Source: Candidatus Omnitrophota bacterium
GTDB taxonomy: Bacteria > Omnitrophota > Gorgyraeia > Zapsychrales > Zapsychraceae
Length of the DNA stretch: 64,000 nt
Reading direction: 5' to 3'
Assembly (NCBI GenBank): GCA_003522725.1
Contig: DPIG01000078.1
Coordinates: 18,746-82,745, forward strand
Both the position numbers and the translations under genes were made by a program. This document shows, piece by piece, positions 39,385 through 49,000 of the stretch; positions within the stretch are counted from its first letter, which is position 1; the number at the start of each line of letters is the position of its first letter. The notes under the pieces were generated by a model. The model was not told the DNA's origin, did not search any database, and worked only from the letters and a program-made list of their open reading frames with translations.

Positions 39385-40652
39385 GAGGTTCCTTCAAGGA
39401 TTTCAGATAATTTCCGGGGCAGCGTGTTTTTATCCACAAGCAGCGCCTCGTTTGTCCGGCGGTCCTTGATCTCGACTTTACCATCAGCCAGATTACGCTT
39501 GCCGATAATTATCCGTAAGGGGATGCCGATCAGATCCGCGTCGTTAAATTTGACACCCGCGGTTTCCGGCCTGTCATCCAGGAGAATATCATGCCCTGTC
39601 GCCGTCAAATCCTTGTAATAACGGTCCGCCAGATCCATGATTTCCGCCGCTTCAGTTCCCGCCGGAAGCGGCACAATTTCCACGTCAAAAGGAGCCACTT
39701 CGCGCGGCCACTGAATTCCCCGTTCATCATGGTGTTTTTCGATGATCGCGGCGATCACGCGGCTGACGCCGATACCGTAACAGCCCATGATCATCGGTTT
39801 TTGCTTGCCGTCGTCATCCAGGAATTGCGCGTGTTGCGCCTGGCTGTATTTCGTTCCTAATTGAAAAATATGTCCAAGTTCGATCGCGACTTCACCCTTG
39901 AGAACGCCCTCGCGGCACTTGGGACACTTTGCGCCTTCAACGCGCTCCCCGGAAACCGAAAAATAACTCTGGCATGAAGGACAACGCAAGACCGTGTCCT
40001 CGCCGATCGGCGCGGTCACCAGAAATTCATGGGACATGTCTCCGCCCATGGCCCCGGAATCCGCTTCGATAATGACCGCGTCGAGTCCGCAGCGGCGGAA
40101 GATATTTCGATAAGCCTGATACATTAATTGGTAGTTTTTTTTGAGACCTTCAAGGTCGCGGTCAAAACTGTACGCGTCTTTCATGATAAATTCGCAGGCC
40201 CGTACGATGCCAAAACGCGTACGTATCTCATCCCGAAATTTCGTCTGGATCTGATAAAGGGTCACGGGCAGTTGCCGGTAGGATTGAACGTAATTCTTGA
40301 CCAAGTCCGTGATGACTTCCTCGTGCGTTGGCCCAAGGCACATGGCCCGTCCGCGGTTGTCAGTAAATTTGATCATGACGTCTTTGAGGACTTCGTCGCG
40401 GCCGGTTTGCTTCCATAATTCAATGGGTTGCAGGACGGGTAAAAATAATTCCGTGGCGCCCGCGCCGTTCATTTCCTCACGAATGACATGTTCGATCCGG
40501 CGCAGGACCTTTAACCCCAAAGGCAGGTAGGAATAAACTCCCGAGGTGAGCATGTGCACGAACCCGCCGCGCAAAAGGAATTGATGGCTCATCGCCTCCA
40601 CCCCGATCGGCGTTTCCTTTAATGTTGGAATAAAATATCTGGACCACCGCAT
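39369..40652 (-). CDS. proS: Proline--tRNA ligase (short form)
   Basis: LGPTHEE, QIQTKFRDE, EFIMKDAYSF, ELGHIFQLG, MGCYGIG. Start trimmed to ATG 40652. Confidence 0.96.
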   Translation of the reverse strand: MRWSRYFIPTLKETPIGVEAMSHQFLLRGGFVHMLTSGVYSYLPLGLKVLRRIEHVIREEMNGAGATELFLPVLQPIELWKQTGRDEVLKDVMIKFTDNRGRAMCLGPTHEEVITDLVKNYVQSYRQLPVTLYQIQTKFRDEIRTRFGIVRACEFIMKDAYSFDRDLEGLKKNYQLMYQAYRNIFRRCGLDAVIIEADSGAMGGDMSHEFLVTAPIGEDTVLRCPSCQSYFSVSGERVEGAKCPKCREGVLKGEVAIELGHIFQLGTKYSQAQHAQFLDDDGKQKPMIMGCYGIGVSRVIAAIIEKHHDERGIQWPREVAPFDVEIVPLPAGTEAAEIMDLADRYYKDLTATGHDILLDDRPETAGVKFNDADLIGIPLRIIIGKRNLADGKVEIKDRRTNEALLVDKNTLPRKLSEILEGTSCLKN

Positions 40653-40653
40653 A

Positions 40654-41946
40654 TTAAACGTCCTTAAAGGCCGGCAACGATTCATCGAAGAACCCCGGCG
40701 GCAATGTGACCAGTCTTTTCTTGAATTTTTCGTAAAATGACGGCCGGCGACGGTCCATGACCCACTCGCCGATGACCTCGCCTTTTTCCGTCACGCCTTT
40801 TTGATCAAAACGTAATACATCGTGTAATATCGGCCGCTGGTTTTTTTCATCATAAATCAAGTCCGTCACAGAGGTCACGCGGCGGCGCCCATCCAGAAAA
40901 AGCTCAACGTGGACGACGACGTCGATGGCGCGCGCCACTTGTTTCTGGATCTGATCGGTGCTCAAGCGGACCCCGGCCATGAGCATCATCATGACCATCC
41001 GGTTAAAGCAATCCTCCGGCGTTTCGGCGTGCACGATGGCCAGCGACCCGCTGTGGCCACTGCTGATCGACTGGATCAGATCGAGCATTTCCTCCCCGCG
41101 CACCTCGCCGATGATGATCCGGTCCGGACGCATGCGCAGTGAATTGACGAACAGCTCCCGCATGGTAATTTCTCCGCGGCCTTCGATGTTGACGGGTTTG
41201 GAAACCAGTGTGACGACATGGTCCTGGAGCAGGCGCAACTCCGGGGTATCTTCGATGGTGACGATCCGCTCCTCCGAGGGGATGTGCCGGGAAAACACGT
41301 TGAGCATGGTCGTTTTACCGGACCCGGTCGCCCCGCAGAAAATCACGTTGAACTTCGCCTTCATGGCGGCGATCAACAACGTCGCGATATTTTTGTCGAT
41401 CATCTTGAGGTTCAAAAGGTCGTCCACCGTCCCGATGGCATCGTTAAACTTGCGCACCGTCATGACCGGCCCGATCAGTGAACAAGGCGGCAAGATAACG
41501 TTGACGCGGGAGCCGTCCTTGAGCATAAAGTCAACATAAGGGGACGATTCATCGACCCGTTTATTGGAACCCGAGGCGGCAAGAATTTTCTGGATGGTGT
41601 GCACCAGCTGCGCGTTGTTGTCGAATTTGATATCGGACAATGAAATGCGGCCGTTGCGCTGAAGGTAGATCTGTTTCGGCCCGTTGATCATGATTTCCGA
41701 TATCGATTTATCCTCCATTAACGGCCGCAACGGCCCCATGCTGATGAGCGCGCTGACCAGATCACGGATGACGGCCGCGCGCAATTCCTTATCGAGATTC
41801 AGATCTTTCTCCTGACACATCCGGACGATAGCGTCATCAACAAATTTGCGCAGCTGGTCCTCCGTCATTGAATCTTTGACCTTAAGGAAATCCGTTTCCT
41901 TGATCAGGTAATGATTGACCGCGTCGCGTATTTCATTGTTGCCCAT
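40654..41946 (-). CDS. CpaF/TadA-family secretion/pilus ATPase
   Basis: EIMING, Walker A GATGSGKTT, TIEDTPEL, LRMRPDRIIIGEVRG, SGH...HA. Confidence 0.9.
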   Translation of the reverse strand: MGNNEIRDAVNHYLIKETDFLKVKDSMTEDQLRKFVDDAIVRMCQEKDLNLDKELRAAVIRDLVSALISMGPLRPLMEDKSISEIMINGPKQIYLQRNGRISLSDIKFDNNAQLVHTIQKILAASGSNKRVDESSPYVDFMLKDGSRVNVILPPCSLIGPVMTVRKFNDAIGTVDDLLNLKMIDKNIATLLIAAMKAKFNVIFCGATGSGKTTMLNVFSRHIPSEERIVTIEDTPELRLLQDHVVTLVSKPVNIEGRGEITMRELFVNSLRMRPDRIIIGEVRGEEMLDLIQSISSGHSGSLAIVHAETPEDCFNRMVMMMLMAGVRLSTDQIQKQVARAIDVVVHVELFLDGRRRVTSVTDLIYDEKNQRPILHDVLRFDQKGVTEKGEVIGEWVMDRRRPSFYEKFKKRLVTLPPGFFDESLPAFKDV

Positions 41947-41961
41947 CGTTGATCTCCCTTC

Positions 41962-43062
41962 TTACGGAAGCCATTGTTTGATCTTGTCGATAAACCCAAA
42001 CCGGGAAAAATCACTGTAAAGCACGAACAGCGCGAGGAATATGATCAGGCCGACCCCCGCCCTGGCGATGTACTCATCGGTGCGGGCCGATAGCGCGCGG
42101 CCCCGAAGCTTCTCGATGCCGAGTAAAAAAAGATGCCCGCCATCAAGCGGTATGACCGGCAACAGATTGAAAATCGCCAGGCTCGCGCTGATGACCCCCA
42201 TGATGAACAAAACGTGCGACATGCCCATTTCCGCGGCCTTTTGTAGAATATAAAAGATACCGATGGGTCCTGTTACGTTTTCTTTGACCGACATTGATCC
42301 TGTCAGCATAGCGAATATCGCCTTATAGGTCATGCCTGTTATTTTGCCCAGCTCTTGTCCTGCCTTCAAGAGCGCGACGGCGGGATTATATTTTAGAGTG
42401 ATGATATCTTCGGCCGGCCGGATGCCGACAAGCCGTGCCTTCCGGTATTTTCCAAAGACGGATTTACTCATCTCCGCGCGCGGGGTGATCGTTTTATCTA
42501 TGCGCCGTCCATCGCGCACGATCTGTAGCTGGATATGATCGCCGGTCGAGGTGGTGATCGCCTGCTGCAAACTGCTCCAGCTTTCCGTTGTCTGACCGTT
42601 GACCTGAAGTATTTGGTCGCCGACCGCAAGTCCCGCGATTTGCGCCGGATATCCTTCGAGAACGGTGCCGATTTTATTGCTTAAATCGGGATATCCGGCC
42701 ATAAACACAACAAACAGACATACGTACGCGAAGATAAAATTAACGACGGGGCCGTTAAAGACGACAAGCGCCCGGTGCCCGGCAGATTTTGAATAAAACT
42801 CATCCGGCCGGCCGCTGCATTGCGCGCGTTCATCTCCGGCCATTTTGACATATCCCCCCAGGGGGATGATGTTGATCATATAGCGCGTCCCGTTATGTAT
42901 CCGCGAATAGATCGTTGGTCCGAAGCCCAGCGCGAAACGTTCCACCGCGATCCCCAGACGTTTCGCGGTTATAAAATGCCCCCATTCGTGTACGACGATT
43001 AAAATGCTCAACGTCACAACAAATAAAATGGTACTGTTTAAATTCGTCCAGATGGTTTCCAT
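41962..43062 (-). CDS. rseP: RIP metalloprotease RseP
   Basis: HEWGH, PLGGYVKM, PDZ domain, NLLPVIPLDGG. Confidence 0.95.
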   Translation of the reverse strand: METIWTNLNSTILFVVTLSILIVVHEWGHFITAKRLGIAVERFALGFGPTIYSRIHNGTRYMINIIPLGGYVKMAGDERAQCSGRPDEFYSKSAGHRALVVFNGPVVNFIFAYVCLFVVFMAGYPDLSNKIGTVLEGYPAQIAGLAVGDQILQVNGQTTESWSSLQQAITTSTGDHIQLQIVRDGRRIDKTITPRAEMSKSVFGKYRKARLVGIRPAEDIITLKYNPAVALLKAGQELGKITGMTYKAIFAMLTGSMSVKENVTGPIGIFYILQKAAEMGMSHVLFIMGVISASLAIFNLLPVIPLDGGHLFLLGIEKLRGRALSARTDEYIARAGVGLIIFLALFVLYSDFSRFGFIDKIKQWLP

Positions 43063-43068
43063 ATGTTC

Positions 43069-44226
43069 CTATCGTTTTTTGATCAATCGGTCCGCTTCCT
43101 GCCGGGCCCATTGATCCGCGTCCAGAATCTGTGAAAAAGATGGTGTCGCGGCAATTTTATGTTTTTGGACAACGCTCTCCACAACTTTATGGATCCCGGT
43201 AAATTTCAGCCGATGGTTTAAAAAAGCCTCAACGGCCATTTCATCAGCCGCGTTTAACACGGCCGGTAATGTCCCTCCCTGCCGTCCGACTTCAATGGCC
43301 AAAGCCAGAGACGGAAATTTTTTGTAATCGGGTTTGCGGAACGTCAATTGTCGCAATTGCGCGAAATCGATTCCCCTTAGCCCGCTCTTCCAGCGTTGCG
43401 GGTACGTCAGCGCGTACTGGATCGGCAACCGCATGTCCGTAATGCCGAGTTGCGCCACGATCGACCCGTCGGTAAATTCGGCCATCGAATGGATGATCGC
43501 CTCCGGGTGGATAACAACCTCGATATTCCCGACATCAAGCCCGAATAAATGCTTCGCCTCGAGCACTTCAAACCCTTTATTCATCAAACTTGCCGAATCG
43601 ACCGTTATGCGTTTTCCCATCTTCCATCGTGGGTGCTTGAGGATTTGCGTGACCGACAAATCATCAAAACGCGATGCCGCGACGTTCAAAAGCGCGCCGC
43701 CGGAAGCCGTCAGATAGATCTTTTTCAGATGCTCCCGGCCCTGCCCGGCCAGGCACTGAAAAATGGCGCTTTGTTCACTGTCGATGGGCACGATGGTCGC
43801 CTTGTGCCGCCGGGCCTCGCGCATCAAAATGTCTCCGGCCGAGACGAGGGCTTCTTTGTTGGCCGGCGCGACCGTTTTCCCCGTGCGCACCGCCGTCAGA
43901 AACGGCTTCAACGCGGCGCTGCCGTGCATGGCCACCACGATAACGTCAACGGATTTTAGCTGGATAATTTTATCAACATCCGCATTAACGTTTAAGATCC
44001 TGGTGGATTGCGTGTTAATATGCCGCCGCAGATAATCGACACCCCGCCCGTTGACGGCCACATGCGATGGCCTGAACTTGCGTATTTGCTGCTCCAGGAG
44101 CCGGTAATTATTATAAGCCGTCAATCCAACGACGTTAAACCGGTCCGCAAAACGATCAATAACCTTCAAGGTATTGATGCCAATGGACCCGGTCGAACCA
44201 AGGATGACAATGTTCCTGCGCGTCAT
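43069..44226 (-). CDS. dxr: 1-deoxy-D-xylulose 5-phosphate reductoisomerase
   Basis: LGSTGSIG, ANKE, PIDSE, LTASGG, HPRWKMGKRITVDSA, NKGFE. Confidence 0.96.
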   Translation of the reverse strand: MTRRNIVILGSTGSIGINTLKVIDRFADRFNVVGLTAYNNYRLLEQQIRKFRPSHVAVNGRGVDYLRRHINTQSTRILNVNADVDKIIQLKSVDVIVVAMHGSAALKPFLTAVRTGKTVAPANKEALVSAGDILMREARRHKATIVPIDSEQSAIFQCLAGQGREHLKKIYLTASGGALLNVAASRFDDLSVTQILKHPRWKMGKRITVDSASLMNKGFEVLEAKHLFGLDVGNIEVVIHPEAIIHSMAEFTDGSIVAQLGITDMRLPIQYALTYPQRWKSGLRGIDFAQLRQLTFRKPDYKKFPSLALAIEVGRQGGTLPAVLNAADEMAVEAFLNHRLKFTGIHKVVESVVQKHKIAATPSFSQILDADQWARQEADRLIKKR

Positions 44227-44230
44227 GTTG

Positions 44231-45052
44231 CTAGGGTTGCAGAACCACCGAACTTATGTAAAAATAAAATACCGGCGCTGAAAATAAAATGCTGTCAATC
44301 GCGTCAAGCACGCCGCCCAGCCCGGGAAAGAAGTTCCCGGAATCCTTCACGTTGCAATCCCGTTTGATAAGCGACTCGGACAGGTCTCCCAGCTGTCCCA
44401 TCCCTCCGAAAAACGCGCCCATCAGGGCGATATGCCCGGGGGAAAAACCAAATTGAGCCGGTATCAAAGCGCTGCCCAGCGTGGCCGCCAGCGTACCGAA
44501 CGCGAAACTCCCCAGACTTCCTTCGATGGTTTTGTTCGGACTGATGCGCGGCAGAAGCGGATGCTTCCCGAATTTACTGCCGACCAATAACGCCCCCATA
44601 TCTCCGCATTTGGTCACCAGCAAAATGAACCCCAGCAATTTAACGCCATCCGTCCCGGGCAGAAAATACCGGATCCGGATCAAAAAGCTGAATAACCAGG
44701 ACACATACAAAATCCCGAAAAGCGTCGTAGAGATCCCGATGATCGCGTTCGTGTTGTCGTTGCGGAGAAATTGCATGAGGAAAATCGAAAGCAAGAGGAC
44801 GACAATGAACAACAATTCCCATTTCCCGGTCGGCTCAAAGCGCGTAAAAATCGAGAGCGGGATCAAAATACCGATGATGATGCCGGTATAACTGTATATC
44901 GGGATGCCTTTTTTCTTGACCAGATAGAAAAACTCGTACAACCCCGCGAGTGTCAACCCCAGCAAAACCGTGATAAATATCCATTGGTTGATGACCGCGA
45001 AGATTGTGACCAGGATCATGGCCGTCGAGCTTATAAAACGTTCTTTGGTCAT
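44231..45052 (-). CDS. cdsA: Phosphatidate cytidylyltransferase
   Basis: ISPNKTIEG, GDLSESLIKR..VKDSG..PG.GGVLD. Start trimmed to ATG 45052. Confidence 0.93.
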   Translation of the reverse strand: MTKERFISSTAMILVTIFAVINQWIFITVLLGLTLAGLYEFFYLVKKKGIPIYSYTGIIIGILIPLSIFTRFEPTGKWELLFIVVLLLSIFLMQFLRNDNTNAIIGISTTLFGILYVSWLFSFLIRIRYFLPGTDGVKLLGFILLVTKCGDMGALLVGSKFGKHPLLPRISPNKTIEGSLGSFAFGTLAATLGSALIPAQFGFSPGHIALMGAFFGGMGQLGDLSESLIKRDCNVKDSGNFFPGLGGVLDAIDSILFSAPVFYFYISSVVLQP

Positions 45053-45056
45053 AGCA

Positions 45057-45788
45057 TTATCGCTGCAACTCCGATTTGGCCAGATCGCCGTAGCGGCGTT
45101 CCCGCTGCCGATAATCCGCGATGGCTTTTTCGAATTCCTCTTCCGTGAAATCCGGCCAGAATTTATCCGTAAAATACAGTTCCGAATAGGAAAGTTGCCA
45201 CAAAAGAAAATTGCTGATTCTCCGCTCCCCGGAGGTCCGGATAAGAAGGTCCGGATCCGGGAGGTCTTTAGTATACAAAAACCGCGCCATAGTTTTTTCA
45301 TCGATATCGGCAACGCTCAAGGATTTCTTTTCAACGGCGGACGCGATCCCCTTGACCGCGTCAATGATTTCCTGCCGGGAGCCATAATTAAAGGCTAAAT
45401 TCACGATCAGCTCCGTATTATTCCTTGTTTCGTTGATCGCCGTTTGAAAGATTTTCAAGACCGTGCGGGGAACGTTTTCCTCCCGTCCGATCACCTGGAA
45501 CTTTATGTTATTTTCCTTCAGATTCTTTATTTTTTGCTGCAAGACGTTTGTCAACATATTCATCAACATCGATATCTCGGATTCCGGCCGGCGCCAGTTC
45601 TCGGTTGAAAATGTAAACAGAGTCAACACTTGGACCCCGGCCTTCCTGGCTACGGCAACAATTTCCTCAACTCGTTTGATTCCCTCCGCGTGTCCTTGCG
45701 TCCGCGTGAGATGATGCTGTTTCGCCCAGCGGCCGTTGCCATCCATAATGATGGCCACATGCCGCGGGATATTGTCTGTTTGTGTCAT
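45057..45788 (-). CDS. uppS: Undecaprenyl diphosphate synthase
   Basis: HVAIIMDGNGRWA, FSTENWRRP, NYGSR, IRTSGERRISNFLLWQ. Start trimmed to ATG 45788. Confidence 0.96.
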   Translation of the reverse strand: MTQTDNIPRHVAIIMDGNGRWAKQHHLTRTQGHAEGIKRVEEIVAVARKAGVQVLTLFTFSTENWRRPESEISMLMNMLTNVLQQKIKNLKENNIKFQVIGREENVPRTVLKIFQTAINETRNNTELIVNLAFNYGSRQEIIDAVKGIASAVEKKSLSVADIDEKTMARFLYTKDLPDPDLLIRTSGERRISNFLLWQLSYSELYFTDKFWPDFTEEEFEKAIADYRQRERRYGDLAKSELQR

Positions 45789-45810
45789 GGAGTATCCTGC
45801 ACAGTCGGAT

Positions 45811-45838
45811 AAAAAAAACGGGGGCTTCTTATCCCCCA
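45811..45838 (-). terminator. Putative intrinsic terminator
   Basis: Minus strand GGGGG-ATAAGAAG-CCCCC followed by G and T8. Confidence 0.55.
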
Positions 45839-45893
45839 TCACGGTCCGTCACAAAATTCAGAAAAAACGCATAGTTACAGCATGGTGTTGGCT

Positions 45894-46280
45894 CTATGTC
45901 GCGCCGGCATCAGTTTCCAGCCCGGATTTGGAATTGCTTTGACCCAACGGGACCTGCTCCAGCTTTTGAATGCGCTGTTGCAAAGACTTTTCAAGGGTTG
46001 CCGCCTCTTCCGCGCGATCTTGCAATTGCGCATTCAAGGATTTTGTTTGTTCCAGTAATTTTTCCGTGCTTTTGACCTTCGCCTGCGCCCGCGCAAGCTC
46101 ATTTTCTAGATTGCGGATTTGGGAGGATGCCTTTTCCAGCCCTTCTTCCGCCGTCAAGCGCGTATAACGCTCATTTTCCAGAATCCTTCTGGTCTGAAGA
46201 ACATTCTGATTAAAATGGATGGCCACGCCGAAACAAAATGCCACCAGAACAACCGCCAAGACAATGGCAATGATTTTCAT
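45894..46280 (-). CDS. Hypothetical protein with an N-terminal membrane anchor and a coiled coil
   Basis: MKIIAIVLAVVLVAFCFGVAI followed by E/Q/K/L-rich heptads. Confidence 0.7.
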   Translation of the reverse strand: MKIIAIVLAVVLVAFCFGVAIHFNQNVLQTRRILENERYTRLTAEEGLEKASSQIRNLENELARAQAKVKSTEKLLEQTKSLNAQLQDRAEEAATLEKSLQQRIQKLEQVPLGQSNSKSGLETDAGAT

Positions 46281-46296
46281 ACGCAACGTCTCCCGA

Positions 46297-46908
46297 TCAA
46301 CGTCCTTCCGCAGTTCTGTTCGGTAAAATGACGATTTCCACACGGCGGTTTTTTTGCCGTCCTTCCGGCGTCGAGTTATCGTCAACCGGCCGGAATTCTC
46401 CGTATCCCGTGGCGGCCAAACGCCCGGGTGAAATGTTATTGGTTTGGGTCAAATAGTGCAAAACGCCAAGCGCCCGCGCGCTGGACAATTCCCAATTTGA
46501 TTTCCAGCCGGAACGTTGAATCTGGACATCATCCGTATGTCCTTCAATGCCAATCGACAAATCTTTAACCGTCGTATTGAGGACGTCTGCTATTTTATCC
46601 AATTTTTCAAAAGAACTTTGCCGTAATTGGGCTTTCCCCGAATCAAACAAAACCTCCGCCACAAAAGTGATGACCAGTCCGCGGTCCATCATCTTCACGC
46701 TGACTTCCTGATCGCTGATCTCCTTGCTCAAACGTGCTTCCAACTCCGCTTTGGCTTTTTCGAGGCTATTGAGCCGCCCTTTGAGTTTGGCGATTTCCTC
46801 AACATCCGAACGTCTGCCTTTTTGAAATACAATCGTGCAACCGCTTGGAACGAGGGCAAAGGCAAGTACGACTAATAATGTGGAAAACTTCCGAAAAATC
46901 GGGCGCAT
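46297..46908 (-). CDS. OmpA/MotB-family peptidoglycan-binding lipoprotein
   Basis: AGGAGG RBS, lipobox-like PSGC, LFDSG, EGHTD, NWELS.ARA, NRRVEI. Confidence 0.88.
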   Translation of the reverse strand: MRPIFRKFSTLLVVLAFALVPSGCTIVFQKGRRSDVEEIAKLKGRLNSLEKAKAELEARLSKEISDQEVSVKMMDRGLVITFVAEVLFDSGKAQLRQSSFEKLDKIADVLNTTVKDLSIGIEGHTDDVQIQRSGWKSNWELSSARALGVLHYLTQTNNISPGRLAATGYGEFRPVDDNSTPEGRQKNRRVEIVILPNRTAEGR

Positions 46909-46934
46909 CAACTCCTCCTTGATTGACGTATCCC

Positions 46935-46963
46935 ACCTTAACATAGGGACAATTTAAAGTCAA
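46935..46963 (-). promoter_or_regulatory. Putative sigma70 promoter
   Basis: TTGACT, 17-nt spacer containing TG, TAAGGT, upstream of the OmpA/MotB gene. Confidence 0.45.
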
Positions 46964-47003
46964 GCTCTTTATGACAACTTAAGCTCCTGCAACAAGATAC
47001 AGT

Positions 47004-48275
47004 CTAGCGGATAATAATTTCCGAGCGTTTTGTTCCTATGGAGATGTATTTGACGCCAACTTTCAAAAGCTTTTCCAGGCGTTCGATGTATTTACGTGCA
47101 TTGGCAGGTAATTGAGCATAACTCCGTGCCGCGCTGACGTCAGATCGCCACCCCCTTAACTCCTCATAGATGGGCTGGACATTGCTCAAGACTTCAAAAT
47201 CCATGGGGAATTCCTTATAAATTTTCCCTTTATATTTGTATCCGGTACATATCCGGATTTTATTCAGATCGCCCAGGACATCCAGCTTCATGATAGCCAA
47301 TTCATCCACGTTATTGATGACCACTGAATAGCGCACCAGCACACTGTCAAACCAGCCGCAACGGCGGGGCCGGCCGGTCGTTGAGCCGAATTCGTTTCCC
47401 TTGGTCCGTATTTCGTCTTTGAGGCTGGAGGAGAATTCCGTCGGGAACGGCCCTTCCCCAACGCGCGTGGTATAGGCCTTGACACAGGCAATGGTCCTGT
47501 CAACGCGTGTGGGCGCCACGCCGCTTCCCGTGCACAGACCGCCGACTATGGAATTTGAGGACGTGACAAACGGGTAGGTCCCAAAATCAATATCCAGGAA
47601 GGTTCCCTGGGCGCCTTCAAAAAGGACGGATTTTTTGTGATCTATTTCCCGGTTCAGATAAAGCGCGGTATCGCAAACATAGGGGGCAAGTTCTTTTCCA
47701 TACGCCAGATATTCACCATAAATACTTTTTAAAGCGAATCCTTTGACATTAAAAACTTTTTGGAAGATTTCGTTCTTTTCCCGGAGATTGTCTTCCAGTT
47801 TTGACTGGAGAACGCGCGGGTTCAAAAGATCGACCATCCGGATACCGCAACGGCTGACTTTATCCGCGTAGCAAGGTCCGATGCCCCGCCCCGTGGTCCC
47901 GATCTTGTTTTTCCGTTTAGACTCCCGCAGACCGTCTAATATGCGGTGATATGGCATCACGACATGGGCGTGGCCGGAGATCTTCAAGCGCGCTGCCCCC
48001 ACCTTGATCCCGCGGCGCGACAGGTCGTTAATTTCCTTCAAGAGCGCCTTGGGATCGATCACGACACCGTTGCCGATCACGCATACCTTGCCTTTATGTA
48101 GAATGGCGGATGGTAACAAGTGAAAAACATATTCCTCTTTGCCGACCACGACCGTATGCCCGGCGTTATTTCCACCCTGATATCGGACGGTAATATCGCT
48201 GTGCTCGGAAAGGATATCGATTAATTTCCCCTTCCCCTCATCTCCCCATTGTGAACCGACCACGACAATGTTCAT
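47004..48275 (-). CDS. purA: Adenylosuccinate synthetase
   Basis: QWGDEGKGK, GGNNAGHT, GTTGRGIGP, EGAQG, TTGRPRRCGW. Confidence 0.98.
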   Translation of the reverse strand: MNIVVVGSQWGDEGKGKLIDILSEHSDITVRYQGGNNAGHTVVVGKEEYVFHLLPSAILHKGKVCVIGNGVVIDPKALLKEINDLSRRGIKVGAARLKISGHAHVVMPYHRILDGLRESKRKNKIGTTGRGIGPCYADKVSRCGIRMVDLLNPRVLQSKLEDNLREKNEIFQKVFNVKGFALKSIYGEYLAYGKELAPYVCDTALYLNREIDHKKSVLFEGAQGTFLDIDFGTYPFVTSSNSIVGGLCTGSGVAPTRVDRTIACVKAYTTRVGEGPFPTEFSSSLKDEIRTKGNEFGSTTGRPRRCGWFDSVLVRYSVVINNVDELAIMKLDVLGDLNKIRICTGYKYKGKIYKEFPMDFEVLSNVQPIYEELRGWRSDVSAARSYAQLPANARKYIERLEKLLKVGVKYISIGTKRSEIIIR

Positions 48276-48284
48276 AGGATGCCC

Positions 48285-48992
48285 TTACGTTACGATGAAT
48301 AAATAAATCAGCCCGAGCCCGACGGCGATAAAGACCGCTGAAAAACAGATGCGCGCCCATGAAATGACGCGGAGAAAACCGCTGCGCGCCTTTACCGAAC
48401 TTTTAATATAAAAAATTATTCCCCACGCCACCAGCAGCGGAAACGCAGATGCCAGGCCGTACAAGACAAAAAATAAAGCGGCCAGCAAAACATTAGCGCT
48501 GGTGTATAAAAAATAATAAAAAATATAAATATTCTGGTCTTTGGGCCACAACGAAGCGACCGTTACGGCGGCCAAACCCAGTATAAACGCGCAAAAAATG
48601 ATGCCGGCGTTTTCTTCAACAGCCTTTACATCTTCCGCCAGGAATTGCGGCATCCATGGCGACGACGCCTGCGTTTTGCCCTGCAGCCAATGCCGAAACA
48701 ACAAATACCCGGCAACCAGCAAAGTCACGGCCACGGCCAGCGGGAGAAAAGAACTGACGCGGTCGACCGCCGGATGCTCAAGCCCGAACGCAGCCTCGCT
48801 CCACACCAGAAAAAATGTCAGCACAACGACCGCGCCCACCGTGAACCCGCCGGTGAGGGCGATGCGTCGCGCCGTGGTCCCGACGCGCGCCCAAAAGATT
48901 AAAAGACAAAGAACCATCGACAGCACATAAGGATTGAAACTGTCGGTGATGCCAAGAACAACCGCCGCGGCCACGTAATCCAGCAAGGTCAT
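48285..48992 (-). CDS. Membrane protein, CcdA/GAP-like with about 6 TM segments
   Basis: GITDSFNPY (DSxNPC-like), FILG, YGL..FPL; strongly hydrophobic. Confidence 0.55.
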   Translation of the reverse strand: MTLLDYVAAAVVLGITDSFNPYVLSMVLCLLIFWARVGTTARRIALTGGFTVGAVVVLTFFLVWSEAAFGLEHPAVDRVSSFLPLAVAVTLLVAGYLLFRHWLQGKTQASSPWMPQFLAEDVKAVEENAGIIFCAFILGLAAVTVASLWPKDQNIYIFYYFLYTSANVLLAALFFVLYGLASAFPLLVAWGIIFYIKSSVKARSGFLRVISWARICFSAVFIAVGLGLIYLFIVT

Positions 48993-49000
48993 ATCGGCCT

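Noticed and set aside
46297-46908. Flagellar motor protein MotB
   Set aside because: It has a lipoprotein-like signal rather than the MotB transmembrane Asp motif, and there are no motA or flagellar genes.
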